A DNA stretch of 64,000 bases from assembly GCA_964016885.1 (NCBI GenBank), contig OZ024747.1, positions 15,314,001 to 15,378,000 of the forward strand, in the 5' to 3' direction. Position numbers and translations under genes: made by a program. How positions within the stretch are numbered: the first letter of the stretch is position 1; each line of letters begins with the position of its first letter. The notes under the pieces are model-generated. The model was not told the origin of the DNA, made no database searches, and saw only the letters and a list, made by a program, of their open reading frames with translations. This stretch comes from Eledone cirrhosa. Its lineage: Eukaryota. Below, piece by piece: positions 37,847-51,375 of the stretch.

Positions 37847-40800
37847 ATGGCCAATATAAGAGTTCGATGTGTGAACGTACGCTGCCTGGGGATGCCCTGG
37901 AAACAGGGCAAACTCTTAAACGACCTCAAGTCGCACAGTTTGGATGTGGTAGCCATTTGCGGGTCCAGGATCCACGGCGAGCGACAGCTGGCCCCCATCT
38001 TCGATGACTTTGAGATCTACGCATCTCTCTGTCAACCGGGGGATGGGGGCGGAGTTGCCGTTTTGCTGCGGAAACACCTGGGCCTCGTAACACAGACGGT
38101 ACATCTGGACCCGGAGGGTCGACTGGTGGTCCTAGACGTTGACGGTAGTGAAGGTGGTGAAGCGTTCAGGCTGGTGGCCGCATATGCCCCATCCGGGACA
38201 CCGCGGCCAGACTTCTTCAAACGTCTAGAGACTTTTCTGGGAACGTCCCGCTCCTTGCTTTTAGTGGGGGACTGGAATGGAATCCTATATGCACGTTGGG
38301 ACTATGTGGGAGCATGTCCCGATAAAGGGGGGGGTGTAACAGCCTCAAACAGTTAATCGACCGATTTGACCTGGCCGATAGATATCGACTAGATTTTCCG
38401 ACTGCGCCACTGTGGACGTGGAGTAATCGTAGCGGAACATCTAGATCGTACCTAGATAGGGTTCTAGTTAGAAATAAGGATAGGGACATGTTAAGCTGTC
38501 CACAAATGTTCATGGTTGCCTATTCAGATCACAAACTAGTGACCGGCATGGCCAACCTTGATAGAACCCATAGACAAGGACCCGGCTACTGGAAGCTGAA
38601 CTTGTCGTTACCGACAAGCAAAGCCTACAGTAGACGGATTAGCACTTTAGTTAAACAGCACTTGACAGGGGCCATTGTCAACAACAGATGGTGGTACTCT
38701 CTCAAGAGGGCAGTTAGATTAGACTCGATAGTTTTTAGTAAAGAATTAGCGTTAGATAGAAATAGAACCGAGAAGGAACTGTTAGATAAAGTAGAAGAGG
38801 CAATTAGAAGTGGCAACGTAGCCAGCGTGCTAGCAACGAGAACGGCCTTGGACCAGTTCTTCGACGCAAAGCACGAAGGCTGGGTTGTCAGAAGCAAAAT
38901 ACGTGCTCTGGGAAACGAGGGAGCCAAAGCTGTTAGCTGGGCCCGAGTGACGGAGGCAAAAAGTGGCAATAAGTCCACGATTCGGTCTTTGGAGGACCAA
39001 AACGGACGCGTGAACGTGAGCCGAAGCAGATGTGTGCGACTTTTCAGCGGCACTTTGCTCGGCTGTTCGGGGGGAGCGGCGCGCCGGGAGAGGCTATGGA
39101 TTTCGGTCCATACCTCGACGGCCTACCGCGACTCTCGGACAGCGAGGCGAAGTTCTGCGAAAAGCCGATTTCAGCCACTGAGATAGGGGACGCGCTGAGC
39201 CAATGCGGCAAACGCAAATCTCCAGGTCTCGACGGTCTACCCTACGAATTTTACGTAGCAATGCCGGACTTATTCTCCGGTCTCCTGGAAGCGGTCTGCT
39301 GCAACTGGCAACAGAACGGGAGATTTCCCAGTTCTGTGACCGGGGGCGTGGTCACACTAATCAGGAAGGACGAGAATAGGGGGATGACATAGGCAACTTC
39401 CGGCCCATAACTCTGCTAAACACAGAGTTACAGATTTTGGCCAAGGTGTTGGCAAAGAGGCTGGCGCTTGTCGTCGAGAACCTGGTGGGAGAAGCGCAGA
39501 CATGCGCGATCCCGACCAGGTCCATACACGACAACCTCCACCTCATACGATACATCATAGAGAGGGTAGGGTGTAAACCCGGCTTCGGTGGGGCCCTGAT
39601 CAACTTGGATCAGTCTAAGGCTTTCGATAGGGTTGACCATCGTTACCTGGATGCGGTGCTCGAGGCGGCAGGCTTCGGACCCGTGTTCAGGGGCTGGATT
39701 GCTGCAATGCACAACAGCAACATCTGCTCAAGGGTCAAGGTGAACGGTTACCTCTCGGAGCCGTTCCATATTACGCGATCCATTCGACAGGGATGCCCTC
39801 TCTCCTCCCTTCTGTACGTACTGACTCTCGAGCCATTACTGCTGAAGCTGGAGCTATTGCAGGGCATCCCTCTGGAACCGGGACTGCGGAAAGCGCCGTC
39901 GGCCTACGCCGACGACGTGACAGTAATGGTGTCGAGCGCCTCGCAAATCGAGGAAGTCGGCACCTTACTAAAGGAATACGAAAGTCTCACAGGAGCGAAG
40001 CTGAACCGGGACAAGTCCATCGGTTTGCAACTCGGATCGTGGAGAGGCAGACCGATGCCTTCCGATGGCGTCGTCGGACGCTGGACGGAAGGACCGGTAA
40101 AGCTGCTCGGGGTTTGGTTTGGTCCGGACCTCCAGGGGGAGCAGAACTGGAACGAAGTGACGGCGAAGGTGTTTGCACTCACCCAGAAGTGGGCCGAGTG
40201 CAAACTATCCTTGAAAGCTCGAGCGGAGGTGGCGAACACTTTTATAGCGTCCGCCATCTACTACCGCTTGACCGTCGTGCCTTGTCCAGCCAAAACGCCC
40301 GCCAAAATGGAGCGCGCGCTCTTCCGATTCCTTTGGAAGAGGCGGGCTCCTTTGGTGAGAAGATCCATCTGCTGCCAACACCCTTCTAACGGAGGGCTGG
40401 GGATGCCGTGGTTGACGATGCGCAAACACGCGCTCAGGCTGCGGCATCTCTACGTATCCCTCACCGGACAACCGGTGTGGCCCCCGTTCGTGAGGCGAGC
40501 CTTCCCACGACTCGTCTCGTTGACCGAACTGCAATCCTGGGTCAAGCAAAGACCGAGGAAAATGTGCGACTGGCACATCGAATGTGCTCAGGCGCTCACA
40601 GCCCTCTGGCAGGCGGACCCGGCGATCAGTGGAGACTCCACTTCGTCATTCTATAGAGGGTTAGTCCGCAGCAAGTGCGACGACGCGCTCGGTGAAACTC
40701 TAGGCGTAGAGGAAGATGAACTGGCCAGTCTGTTCGGTAGGACCTTCCGCCCGGGACCGATGGACAACTTCCAAAAGTCCCTGGCCTGGCAGTGCTGCCG

Positions 40801-41287
40801 AGGAGCTCTACCAGTTCGAGACAAGCTCTACAGACATGTGCGCCCGGGCAGGGACTCTGCAAAAAAGATCTGTCCGAGGTGCGTGCGAGACGAAGAAACC
40901 GTCGCGCACGCATTCATACACTTCCCGGGCGTCACTGACCTGTGGGGCTATGTAGAACGACTATTGTCGCGGGCGGGACCAGTCCAGTTGACCACCGAGT
41001 CCATTGTCATTATCAAACCACCACCCTCCTTCAAAAACGAAGGAGAGGCGGTTTTCCTTTGTGTGATAGCTATGGCGAAAGAGGTTGTATGGTGGACAAG
41101 GTTGAAAGGGCTGAGGTCAGACACCTTTCTCTCCGGCCAACAACTGATTCTTTTTTTCAAATACCACTTTGGAAGAAGAATCAGGATGGAGAGAGAGGTG
41201 CTGTACCCCAGCAAGTTTTATGAAAGGTGGGTGAAAGTGGCGAGAATGGCCCGAGTGAATGGGCCTTCTCTCTATATCAGCCTGTAG
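37847..41287 (+). pseudogene. Tx1 ORF2 (APE endonuclease, reverse transcriptase, C-terminal Zn motif), split by three frameshifts
   Basis: APE motifs NVR, YAP, GDWN, SYLDRV and SDH; GPGYWKLN; RT motifs KSPGLDG, DQSKAFDRV, QGCPLS and YADD. Frameshifts near 38330, 39010 and 39380. Confidence 0.92.
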
Positions 41288-41536
41288 GCTGAGGAAAAGG
41301 AGGAGGAGAGGAAGGGAGTACAAACTCTTCGTACTCTTGGAGATGAGGGTTGCACATTTTTTTCGGGGGTATGTGTTACCCATATAAACTGTCTCCCTCT
41401 ATTGGGGAAAATCGACTAACTTTTTAAATTCCATCTGTGATAACATTTTACACGTTTTTATTGTATGTAAACTTCCCCCTTTGTATTTGTCCCCTTCTTT
41501 TGTGCACCTGTGGCTAATAAAGAAATATATCTATCC

Positions 41537-41571
<35 letters not shown>

Positions 41572-41871
41572 CATCTATCTATTTCACTTTTGATATATCA
41601 GCGTGTATGCTTGCATATAGGTATATTTATATACTTTTACAACAATTGGTATATTTCAACATTATATGCACCTCAATCTCACAAGAAGTATTCGCCTTTG
41701 GCGAAATAAAGTGGATAAGCTTGATAGCAGAGATTTACATATACATACACAAGAGTGGGTTTATGTCAATGCACGTTTGTATATTCATATACGTATATAT
41801 AAGTAGGCATATATTTAAATTTATATATACATGTATATATATATATATACATACATATATATTTTTAAGTA

Positions 41872-41976
<105 letters not shown>

Positions 41977-42511
41977 ATATATATACATATATGCGTGTGT
42001 GTGTGTGGGAGTGTACAAAGATAGGTGTATGCGTATATAGGCACATACTCGTTCACGTACCAACCATTACAAAATAGCTCATTTCGAATAACTGGCATAT
42101 TTCTTTCTAACATACAATGGTTTATGCTTATTTAGTTTAATCTCTTATTCTATAGATAAAGCTGACTGTGTCCATTTAGAGGAAGACGTGTTTAGTCTTT
42201 ATGGTTGCTTCGTTTTAATTTTCCGTACATAATCTTAATTGTCTATTAGAGCAAGTAACTATTAACTGATCGCAGTGTAATCTAAAGAAGGTGTCTCTAG
42301 TTGATTGATTGGCCTGCTAGAAACAGCAGCTAAATATCCCTGAATTCACATCAACCCTCTTATATACTGGGTGGACATATCAAATCATTCGATCCTAGTC
42401 ATTGACCTGCATTGTATTTCATCACAGTTATGTGCTGTCTACCTGAGGTGGTGTTAAACTACAACAACTGAACAGAATATGAAAGAGTAGATTTGATTAT
42501 ATTCAAAGAAA

Positions 42512-42735
42512 AGGGGTGGTGGATTGGCACTATCGGTAGAGTGTCGGACACCATACTTTACGACAGAGAGTTCCGTCCCTTTATGTACCGATTTCAAATA
42601 CAGCTGAGGTTAGCTTTGCCTTTCAGGCTTACGGGGTAGATAAAATAAAGTACCGGTAACGCACTGGAGTTGATTTTATCGACCTTACCCTCCCTCCAAA
42701 TTGTTATCATCGTACCTAAATCAGAAAGGATTATA
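42512..42735 (+). mobile_element. Diverged SINE copy (long variant)
   Basis: GGATTGGCACTATCGGTAGAG...GCTTTGCCTTTCAGGCTTACGGGGTAGATAAAATAAAGTACC. Confidence 0.8.
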
Positions 42736-43282
42736 GACAAAGAAGAACTATTATTAACATGTAAGCGTATTGGCTGAGTATTTAAGCGGCTAACCTCACA
42801 GCAAGTTTATGGAGATTTGGTTTCAATTTCTTGGACGGAGATCGACAACGTCGTTGCTCCCTCGTTAGCAGTGAGGACTGGAAATCTTTGTTTCTGCAAA
42901 GATATAATAGCTTATGGTATATCATTCCGTCTTTGGGAGGTCAAAACCTTGTAGTTATATATTCTCAACCAGATTCCTTTTAGGCTACACCCAACAAACC
43001 GATTCTAGTACCTTTTTACCTCAAAGTAGATTGTATTCAGTGAAAGCTACGTCTATAGATAAAACAACGTTGGAAATAAAATACAAATTCCTGGCCATTT
43101 AACTGGTTGTCTGATAATTAATTTACTCTGAAATCAGAAGCTATGCTTGAAAACTCAATAAACATTCGCAATACACCGTAATTTTATTTACAATTGGCAT
43201 AGCGCCTTCATCACGAAAAGCCATATTCTTACATATGATGCCTTTTTATTTACAATTATATATTCATTAATAATAAAAAATA

Positions 43283-43480
43283 ATTGTTTCTACTTTAGGC
43301 ACAAGGCCAGTGCATTTCTGGTACTTTATTTTATCGACCCCGTAAGGATGAAAGGCAAAGTCAACCTCGGCGGGATTTGAACTCAGATCGTAAAGGGACG
43401 TAACTATGCTGGAAAGCATGGCGTCCGACCCTCTACCGATACTGCCAATCCACCGCCCTTAAGAATACCAATCCACCGCC
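43283..43480 (-). mobile_element. SINE copy with internal deletion and duplicated 5' end
   Basis: CCAATCCACCGCC(C/A)TTAAGAATA is repeated; TSD-like AATAAAAAATAAT on both sides. Confidence 0.9.
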
Positions 43481-46149
43481 ATTAAGAATAAAAAATAATG
43501 TTCTCTCTCAGGTGAAATATAAATCTCGAAACTTATGTATCCTCTTCTCTTCACAACACACAAGCTTCATTATTTTCAGATAAGCGAGGTATTTAAGTGG
43601 ACCGGATGCCAATCAATCCGTCCCTGATTCTATCTTGTCACCAACGATAAGCTACGTCTAAGACACTTCAGATTTCTAAGAATCATGTCCATTTAGTCGT
43701 AAATAATTCCATGCTTTATGTACGATAAATATTGTATACTTAACAACTGTTTCACTGACTTTAAATATAGCACAAATGTTCCATATATTTTATGGATTGT
43801 ATGTTCAGTAAATATACCTGCTTATATCTTAATAAACAATTAACGTTTCACAGACTATCTCCACGTCAAGTTTTAATACGTTTAATGATAAAAAGATTTC
43901 TCACAGTAGACAGTTAAAACAGAGTATAATTGACTAATGTTTTGTTACTTTATAATGCTTGATTCAAATCCTTTTCCCAAATTCATGATTGTTGAAGTGA
44001 AATTGTCTCATGCTTGGAAAGATCTAAGTGCTTCTGGGTTGACTCGCACCTGATAGACTATCCGAGGACAAAAGCATTCAAGTGGTGCCACAAGTGCTCG
44101 ATGGTTTCTAGTACGCTATGCAGCCCCCACCATCACCCTGCACCAACATCACCACCAGCAATACTAACACCACCACCGCCAACACAATTACGTCCATCAT
44201 CGACACCAGCCCTAACAACAATATGAAGAACAGTAAGATTCTTGTGTTATAATCCAGCTTTAACTTTAGAGGGGTCTTCGAACATATTACAGTATTAAGT
44301 TACTAAGCAACGATCTTCGATTTACATGTAAGCATAACGCCGAAGAGGATTAACTTTAGAGATAGTACTTCAAGTACATTGACTTCATAAGTTTTATGGT
44401 TGTCAATGAGGACAATACAGATTACTTTACAACGGTTTATATTATCAGTATTAAACAATGATTTAATAGTTTAGAACTTATAGTTTAGAAACGAATCAGC
44501 AATGTTATTAATTCTCGTTTATACTCGCATATATCTGCAGTTTCAGTTTATTAAATTCTACTCACAAGGCTTTTGCTTAATCCGTGACTTTAGAAGAATG
44601 CGTTTTCACAAAATGCCACGAAATATAATGGAACCTGAATCCACTTCGAAGGATGAAAACAGTCACGTGATACAACAGGGGAGATCTGTGTTTGATTGAA
44701 CGTCTAGTAATAGTAACCAACATTTTGTTTTACCATCTTAAATCATATCCTCTGTGTCACTTTCAATTTAACATTTGGGAGGCTCCCGTACAGCTCCGAG
44801 TTCTTCATCTTCAATACGTACTTGTTAATGTTCAGAGCCATCCACACCATCCCCGTGATGCACCCATCCACCATTCATATACGGATATGTGCATTAATTT
44901 GATGATACTTCTGTAGTAGATACTCATCGTAATAAATGCGATGGATATATTCACATCTCGCGATATAAACGATATGTGAAGATCATAAGCTCTTGTTTAA
45001 GTTTCAGCACACTGTCTCTCATCAAGTCACTTGCCAAACAAGTACAACTTCGAAACTTTATTAAATATTCCTGTGTTTGTTTTTTGCCTTTGATATTTAT
45101 CTTTATATATTTGTTTTATTTGTTCTATTCACTTGATATTTCGCAGGTGCAAAACTTATTGTTTATATTTTATTTCATTATTTTAATTGTTTTTGTAATT
45201 GGGGGTGTAGCCTTAATGAGGTTTTGCTTTTGTTCTAAAGAAAAATAGAAAAAAATAACATTTATAACTGGGTGAACTGGGTGACTTTTGTTATGACTGC
45301 ACAACATTGTATGATCTTCTGCCTTTAGCTTCAAGAACTAGCATATAAAATCCAGAAGGAAATATGTTTAAGTCACGGTGAAAATGTCTTGACAGATAAA
45401 AATTAGGAGAGTAGAAACGACCACCACATGTAATAATATACTTTGAATCAAATCGACCTGCAATCTGTACTCTCTGGGATTATTTTACGAACAACCACTA
45501 TAATATTTGACATAAATGTCAACATACCTTTACAATTGCTTTCCAGCGCAATAAAGGAGCCTATATGTGGTCTCAGACCTTCCTGGAAATAGTTGCTAAA
45601 TTCCTTTCACGTCGCACTTTAATTTCTTACTGTAGCCATATATACACTATATCTGATGTACAAACATGGTACTTACGTGACCCTTAAGAATTAGACCACG
45701 TTTTTAAGGCTAATAAATATATAATTCTTCTGCTGAGTGGCCGCAGAAATCTAGCTGCCATTAATGCCCCACTAGAATATCTAAAATGATATAAATAATA
45801 ATAGCTTGATGTGTTATTTAAATATAAATAAACTGGTTAACCTTCAGAATGTTGGAAACTATACATTCATTCGTGGGAAATATTTGACTGTATTGAGTTA
45901 TATTAACAATAGCTGTTTTACTATTTTCGGTAACAGATTTGTACGCAGAAAAAATTGTTTTCATCATAATTTTCTGTAAAAGTAATTAACATTAAATGAA
46001 AACAAATAAAAGAGAAGCAACAATAACGAGAATGAAAAGTAATACAATAAATATTGTACAATGATATGCGGACAAATTGAGAATATTTATTTTATGGAGG
46101 TATTTTTTATCAAATATGTCATTGCTATTGTTGTTTTTACAAACGTCCT

Positions 46150-46310
46150 TTGCATTCTGTGTTCAAATCCCGCCGAGGTCAAATTGTCTTTCATTCCTCT
46201 TGGATCTGTAAAATATAATATATAATATATAACAATTATTGTCATTGATATACGTCACTGTGCAACTTCTCCAAATTGCTGGCCTTGTACATAAATTATA
46301 AACCCATTAT
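46150..46310 (+). mobile_element. Old SINE copy
   Basis: GTTCAAATCCCGCCGAGGTCAA...AATTGCTGGCCTTGTAC..AAACCCATTATT. Confidence 0.7.
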
Positions 46311-46450
46311 TGTTGTTGGTACTACTTTTGATGTTACTGTTTTGTTATTGTTTATAATATACAGTGTATTGATATTACTTCCAATGTAGAAGTACTGCTT
46401 ATATTACCAATCTGTTTTAAAATCTGTTACTGTTTATAAGTTGAGATATA

Positions 46451-46760
46451 TTGTGTCAATTATATGGTATTACTTCTACATTCGAAGGAGGTAAATCTCT
46501 CATACGGGACGCGACATGCTGTTACATGTTCTCAGCCTCCAACTTAGTCAGCAAATACTGGTCGCTTCCTCTTTGCAGTGGTCACCGTCGAGACTTCACA
46601 ACCGAGCTCTTCCACAAAACCAGAACGTCAGCAGCCTGTCTGAGGGATAAGTACCACGTATTTGGCTGGCTGTTGCAGCCAGTGTCGCTGGCCATTATCT
46701 GTAGAAACGCCTTTGCTGTTTCGTCTGCGGGACGCAGCCTAAACACCACCTTGACCAAGG
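46451..46760 (+). pseudogene. Relic 3' end of a CRE-like non-LTR element (restriction-like endonuclease region)
   Basis: GITSTFEGGKSLIRDATC..FSASNL and LLQPVSLAIICRNAFAV resemble the recalled consensus GK.L.WDAT..DT and LFQR.S.A.QRGNA. Confidence 0.6.
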
Positions 46761-48602
46761 CACCGTGTCTGTCAACCTGGCCCCTTCTCCATCTCTTTCT
46801 TTCGTTTCCTATTAGTCCTTGCTCTTTCCTTCCTTATATCATTTACAGTCATTTCCTTTACTTCCTTATACAGCCAGATCGCTACTTCTGTACGTCTACC
46901 CCTTTTTTTCATTACTTAATTTGGTCTTTATCTTTTATATATATTTCTACCACTGTATAACATCTTTTTTTGTAAAATATAGTTGATATAAGTTTATGCA
47001 ATGAATAAATGAGAATCCCCCTAAAAAAATAAAATTGTTAATTCTAAATACTGTTATCAACATTACTTGATTTTCTCGTATAATACTTATTTGGGCCGAT
47101 ATCCTCAGCAGCGTGTACCTGATATAGCCTGTCACTTGTAAAGTGGTATTCTAAATGCTCTTTAATGAGAGCACTTAAAATATTGCAGCTAAAACAGAAA
47201 GCCTCCCTCGGTTTCTGGTGTGTTTCGTTTTTCAACTGAAACCTCAAAAATCCTTCACACCAAGTAGCTTTGTTGGCGTTAGTAGTTTCGTCACTAACGA
47301 CCTAGCCACGCAGCTATTTCTATTGGCTTATATAATACATTATATGGCTATGTGAGGTGAGAGACCTGGCATATTAATAGAACGTCAAGTGCAAGTAATT
47401 CATCCAGTTGCAATTTCGTTGAACTGTGTATATTGACAATTAAATCTTAGGTTTACTGCATTATTAAATCATATACTTATATGATATTAAAAACACACCT
47501 ACAATTATTATAATCATATATTTATTTTTTCGTTCCGTCTCTTGCGCTTATCTAATATTCTCAATGTTTGGGAAATCTTCCTTTTACTGTGTCATTAGTA
47601 GACAATTGTTCTGCATAGACTGTGGGAAATTTATAATTCATCTGATGATTATAAGTTAAAGATTTCTAGTTTTTAGCGAAACAGAAAGTTGGACTTTTGA
47701 TTACGAAGATTACACTATTTATGGTTATTTATGGCACTGCAAATGTATTTTGGTATAAAGTGCGTTGCTGTATGTGAAGTTCATCAGATATTTTCTATTT
47801 TTCTTTTTAGAGTGTCGTTTCTTTATTTAAGGAAATATGATGCAGTTTAAGGAAGATTCGGATATTATTTGAAGCAGACGTCATGACTATAAATACTTTA
47901 GCAACTACAAAATAATTGGTCCATTGCTTGCTAATTGTTTTGTTGTGACAATTTCTATAACCATTCATATCAGCTTAGTTTTTTTTTATTTCTTATTTAC
48001 CTCAAAACATTGTTTGCTAAAACCTCCTAATGAAAAAGAAATACAACAAAGGAATTGTGTACCCAGTCTTACCTATGCATTTACACAACGAATTTAGATA
48101 CCAAAAGAATATTTAAAGAAGCTATTATAAAAATAAGGTTTGACAGAGTTCATTCATCTCAGTAAATAAAATAACTGTCATTCAGTGACACAGAAAGTTC
48201 ACACTGACTTTTAATATTCTCCTCATCAGATTAAACGTAGGGTGGGATTTCATGGAACATAAATATTTTTCGTACATCAGCACATAACTAAAGCTTTATT
48301 TCGATGCCTTGTGTACAATGGATTGAATATAAATAAGCATATTACTGGTACTATTCATGGGCTAATGAAGGGGTTAATCAGTTTTCCTGCAGCTCTTTGG
48401 CCTAGATCAGCCGTAATTGGATTGTGGGCAATGTGATTTTAACCATGACCATGTTTCAATCGAAAGAATCATCGGGGCTTTCTTTTGAATGAAACAGTTC
48501 CGGTCCTGTAGAAACCATCTCTATATTAAACATGATGTTTACACTCTACTAATGTATTGAGTACCTTACTAACTGTGGTTATCCCCGATGGAAAACGGGG
48601 CT

Positions 48603-48691
<89 letters not shown>

Positions 48692-49228
48692 AATGAAAAA
48701 ACGGAGTTAAAGACTTGCGTTGATCCCATGTAATTTAATGAACTCAAGGAATAAGTACCGGCCTTTTCATAATAGAGTATATATAGAAGGAAACACAAAA
48801 AGGGGTATATTTTCAATTACAAGAGGTAGAGAACGACTAGAATGAAGAATATAAAGTCTATATACTCTATATACTGTATCATATATATATATATATATAT
48901 ATATAATAGAGTATATATATATTAACATTTTACTCTCCTTCGTTTTTAACATTAACATTATTCTTTAATAACATCAAATGTTGTGTACCCTTCACCGACT
49001 TGACCTCTTTTCAGCCCCAAAGTATTCTTTTCATTCAAAGTATTCTTTCCATTCAAAACATAAGTCTGCATTCCTCTACCCCTAAATTAAATTTCTCCTA
49101 CTACTATTCTATCAACTTGACCTCTTACTACTTTTCTATTGGTCAATTCAAAACCGGTTCCCAAACAGACCTAATATATTAAATCTTTGTTGTTTTTTTT
49201 TCAATAAACAAATCTCATTATTTCTGAA

Positions 49229-49406
49229 TTGGCAGTATCGGTAGAGGGTCGGACGCCATGCTTTGACGCATAGAGTTACGGCCCTTGCTATTCTGAGTTC
49301 AAATCCCGCCGAGGTTAACTTTGCCTTTCATCCTTACGGGGTCGATGACATAAAGTACCAATAATGCACTGGGTAATTTGCTGGACTTGTGCCAAAAGAA
49401 GAAACA
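49229..49406 (+). mobile_element. SINE with 12-bp TSD inserted into a hammerhead stem I/core
   Basis: ATTATTTCTGAA at 49217-49228 and 49407-49418. Confidence 0.92.
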
Positions 49407-49600
49407 ATTATTTCTGAAGACATCATATATAGGTGAAGGTATGTATATTTCCTCTGATAGTTTGTAATATTTTTACATAGATCTATATGATATACATACC
49501 AACACACATTTATATCCTAGAAACGATCTTAAAATGATGAATTTTTTAATATAAGGAACCTGTTCTTTGTTATTATTCATTGTTTTTATTAATTTAATAT
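49407..49600 (+). mobile_element. Penelope-like 3' end with degenerate long-stem-II hammerhead, ending in (TA)n
   Basis: (TC)ATTATTT CTGAAGA ...~100 nt with GGTATGTATAT/ATATACATACC... GAAAC GATC TTA AAATGATGA; T-rich tail into (TA)n. Confidence 0.55.
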
Positions 49601-50137
49601 ATATATATATATTTTACTGCTCTCCTTATTAATTTTAACTGCTCCTAGTTTGAGCTGCAAGCCGCCTCATATATACGACTGTTATTTCTAGCAGTACGGT
49701 TATGAGGCTAGTTAGATACTGTAAAACCATGTGCGTCACGCAGTCTTTTAAATTATTTAGAAGTGAAGCATATCAATTTGTCCCTGGATGTTTACTGAGG
49801 AGAGCAGGACATGATATTCCTACACTTATTTAACTCGAAACATATTTGGATCTTAAAGTTTAAACTTATCTACGGAACAGGTTTGATTTTGAAATTTAAA
49901 TGTGTCTAAACATCACAGCCTCTTGGCAATACAGTTCGTCTTCGTTGATTTATTATTTTAAATCGATATGGACAAACTGTAGTATAATAATTAGTATACT
50001 TCAATCTGGCTAAATTTTTCTTTTGCAATATATATACAGATGTGTTGGTATCTGTGTTTCATCACATACATATTAATTTATATATATATATATATATATA
50101 TAATATAATATCAAAAGATGGTTAAAAGAGTTCCAAG

Positions 50138-50208
50138 TATTTTATTATGCGCATTTCAAAAACAAATATCATCATGGGATGATATCTGCGTTCTCATCAG
50201 ATAAAATA
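50138..50208 (-). ncRNA. Minimal type I hammerhead ribozyme motif
   Basis: Minus strand: TATTTTAT CTGATGA GAAC GCAGATATCATC CCAT GATGATATTTGT TTTT GAAA T GCGC ATA ATAAAATA. Perfect 8-bp stem I, palindromic loop III, (TA)n about 35 nt downstream. Confidence 0.85.
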
Positions 50209-50300
50209 GAGCGACATGATATGAAACTTAAAAAAACACTTGTGAGCAGTGAAGCTTTAAATCAACATATATTGATTTAAAACTTCACTGCTCACAAGTG

Positions 50301-50412
<112 letters not shown>

Positions 50413-50877
50413 TATATTTATATATGTGTGTAGTACAAGTTCATTTGCTTTGGGTACGAATTTTATATAGGCAGTTCGTGTCTAACTAAAAGTAGGACAA
50501 TTCGTCCTATTTTATCTCAGTTCACTTAGCGGTCGAGAATTTTCTTTTTTTCAGCTAGGCAACTCATCCATTAATGGAATTCAATGTGGTTACAAAAGGT
50601 AGAAGCCTCAGCTGTGCATATTCCAAAGAGAAGGTCATCGTGTTGCTGCGTGGGGTGAATAATTATGTATAGGCTTTTGTCATTTCATGCAAATGTATAA
50701 ACTTGTAAGTATACGTACGTATGTATGATATATATTTATGTAATGTGTTTATGTATACACACATACACATCAACATATATAGTTTTATATATGAGTGTGC
50801 GTATGTGTGTGTGTGTTTATGTGTTTGTCTGTTTGTGTGGGATTATTTGTGTAAGTAAGTGTTAGCGTGTATTAATA

Positions 50878-51053
50878 ATTGTTTCTACTTTAGGCACAAG
50901 GCCAGCAATTACCCAGTGCATTACTGGTACTTTATTTTATCGACCCCGTAAGGATGAAAGGCAAAGTCAACCTCGGCGGGATTTGAACTCAGATCGTAAA
51001 GGGACGTAACTATGCTGGAAAGCATGGTGTCTGACTCTCTACCGATACTGCCA
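50878..51053 (-). mobile_element. SINE copy
   Basis: Family consensus, reverse complement. Confidence 0.92.
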
Positions 51054-51105
51054 AAATGAGAGAGATTTCGTGAATATGTGTATGTTTATATACGTACATA
51101 CATAA

Positions 51106-51141
<36 letters not shown>

Positions 51142-51143
51142 TA

Positions 51144-51219
<76 letters not shown>

Positions 51220-51249
51220 TAGTATATGTGTATATATACACATATACTA

Positions 51250-51297
<48 letters not shown>

Positions 51298-51299
51298 TA

Positions 51300-51375
<76 letters not shown>

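Larger units (their letters stand above)
35673..41525 (+). mobile_element. Near-full-length Tx1/L1-clade LINE (copy E, ~5.85 kb)
   Basis: ~220-bp 5' UTR, ORF1, 33-bp spacer, APE-RT-CCHC ORF2 and a ~240-bp 3' UTR ending GGCTAATAAAGAAA; (TATC)n on both sides. Confidence 0.95.

Noticed and set aside
39793-41223. Alternative-frame and antisense ORFs inside LINEs (e.g. 39793-40389, 25394-26242, 2321-2647)
   Set aside because: They are shadows of GC-rich ORF2; their recurrence reflects copy homology.
47636-47695. CTGATGA...GAAAC AGAAA GTT hammerhead-like motif
   Set aside because: Stem II pairs, but there is a 6-nt bulge after the core and no good stem I.
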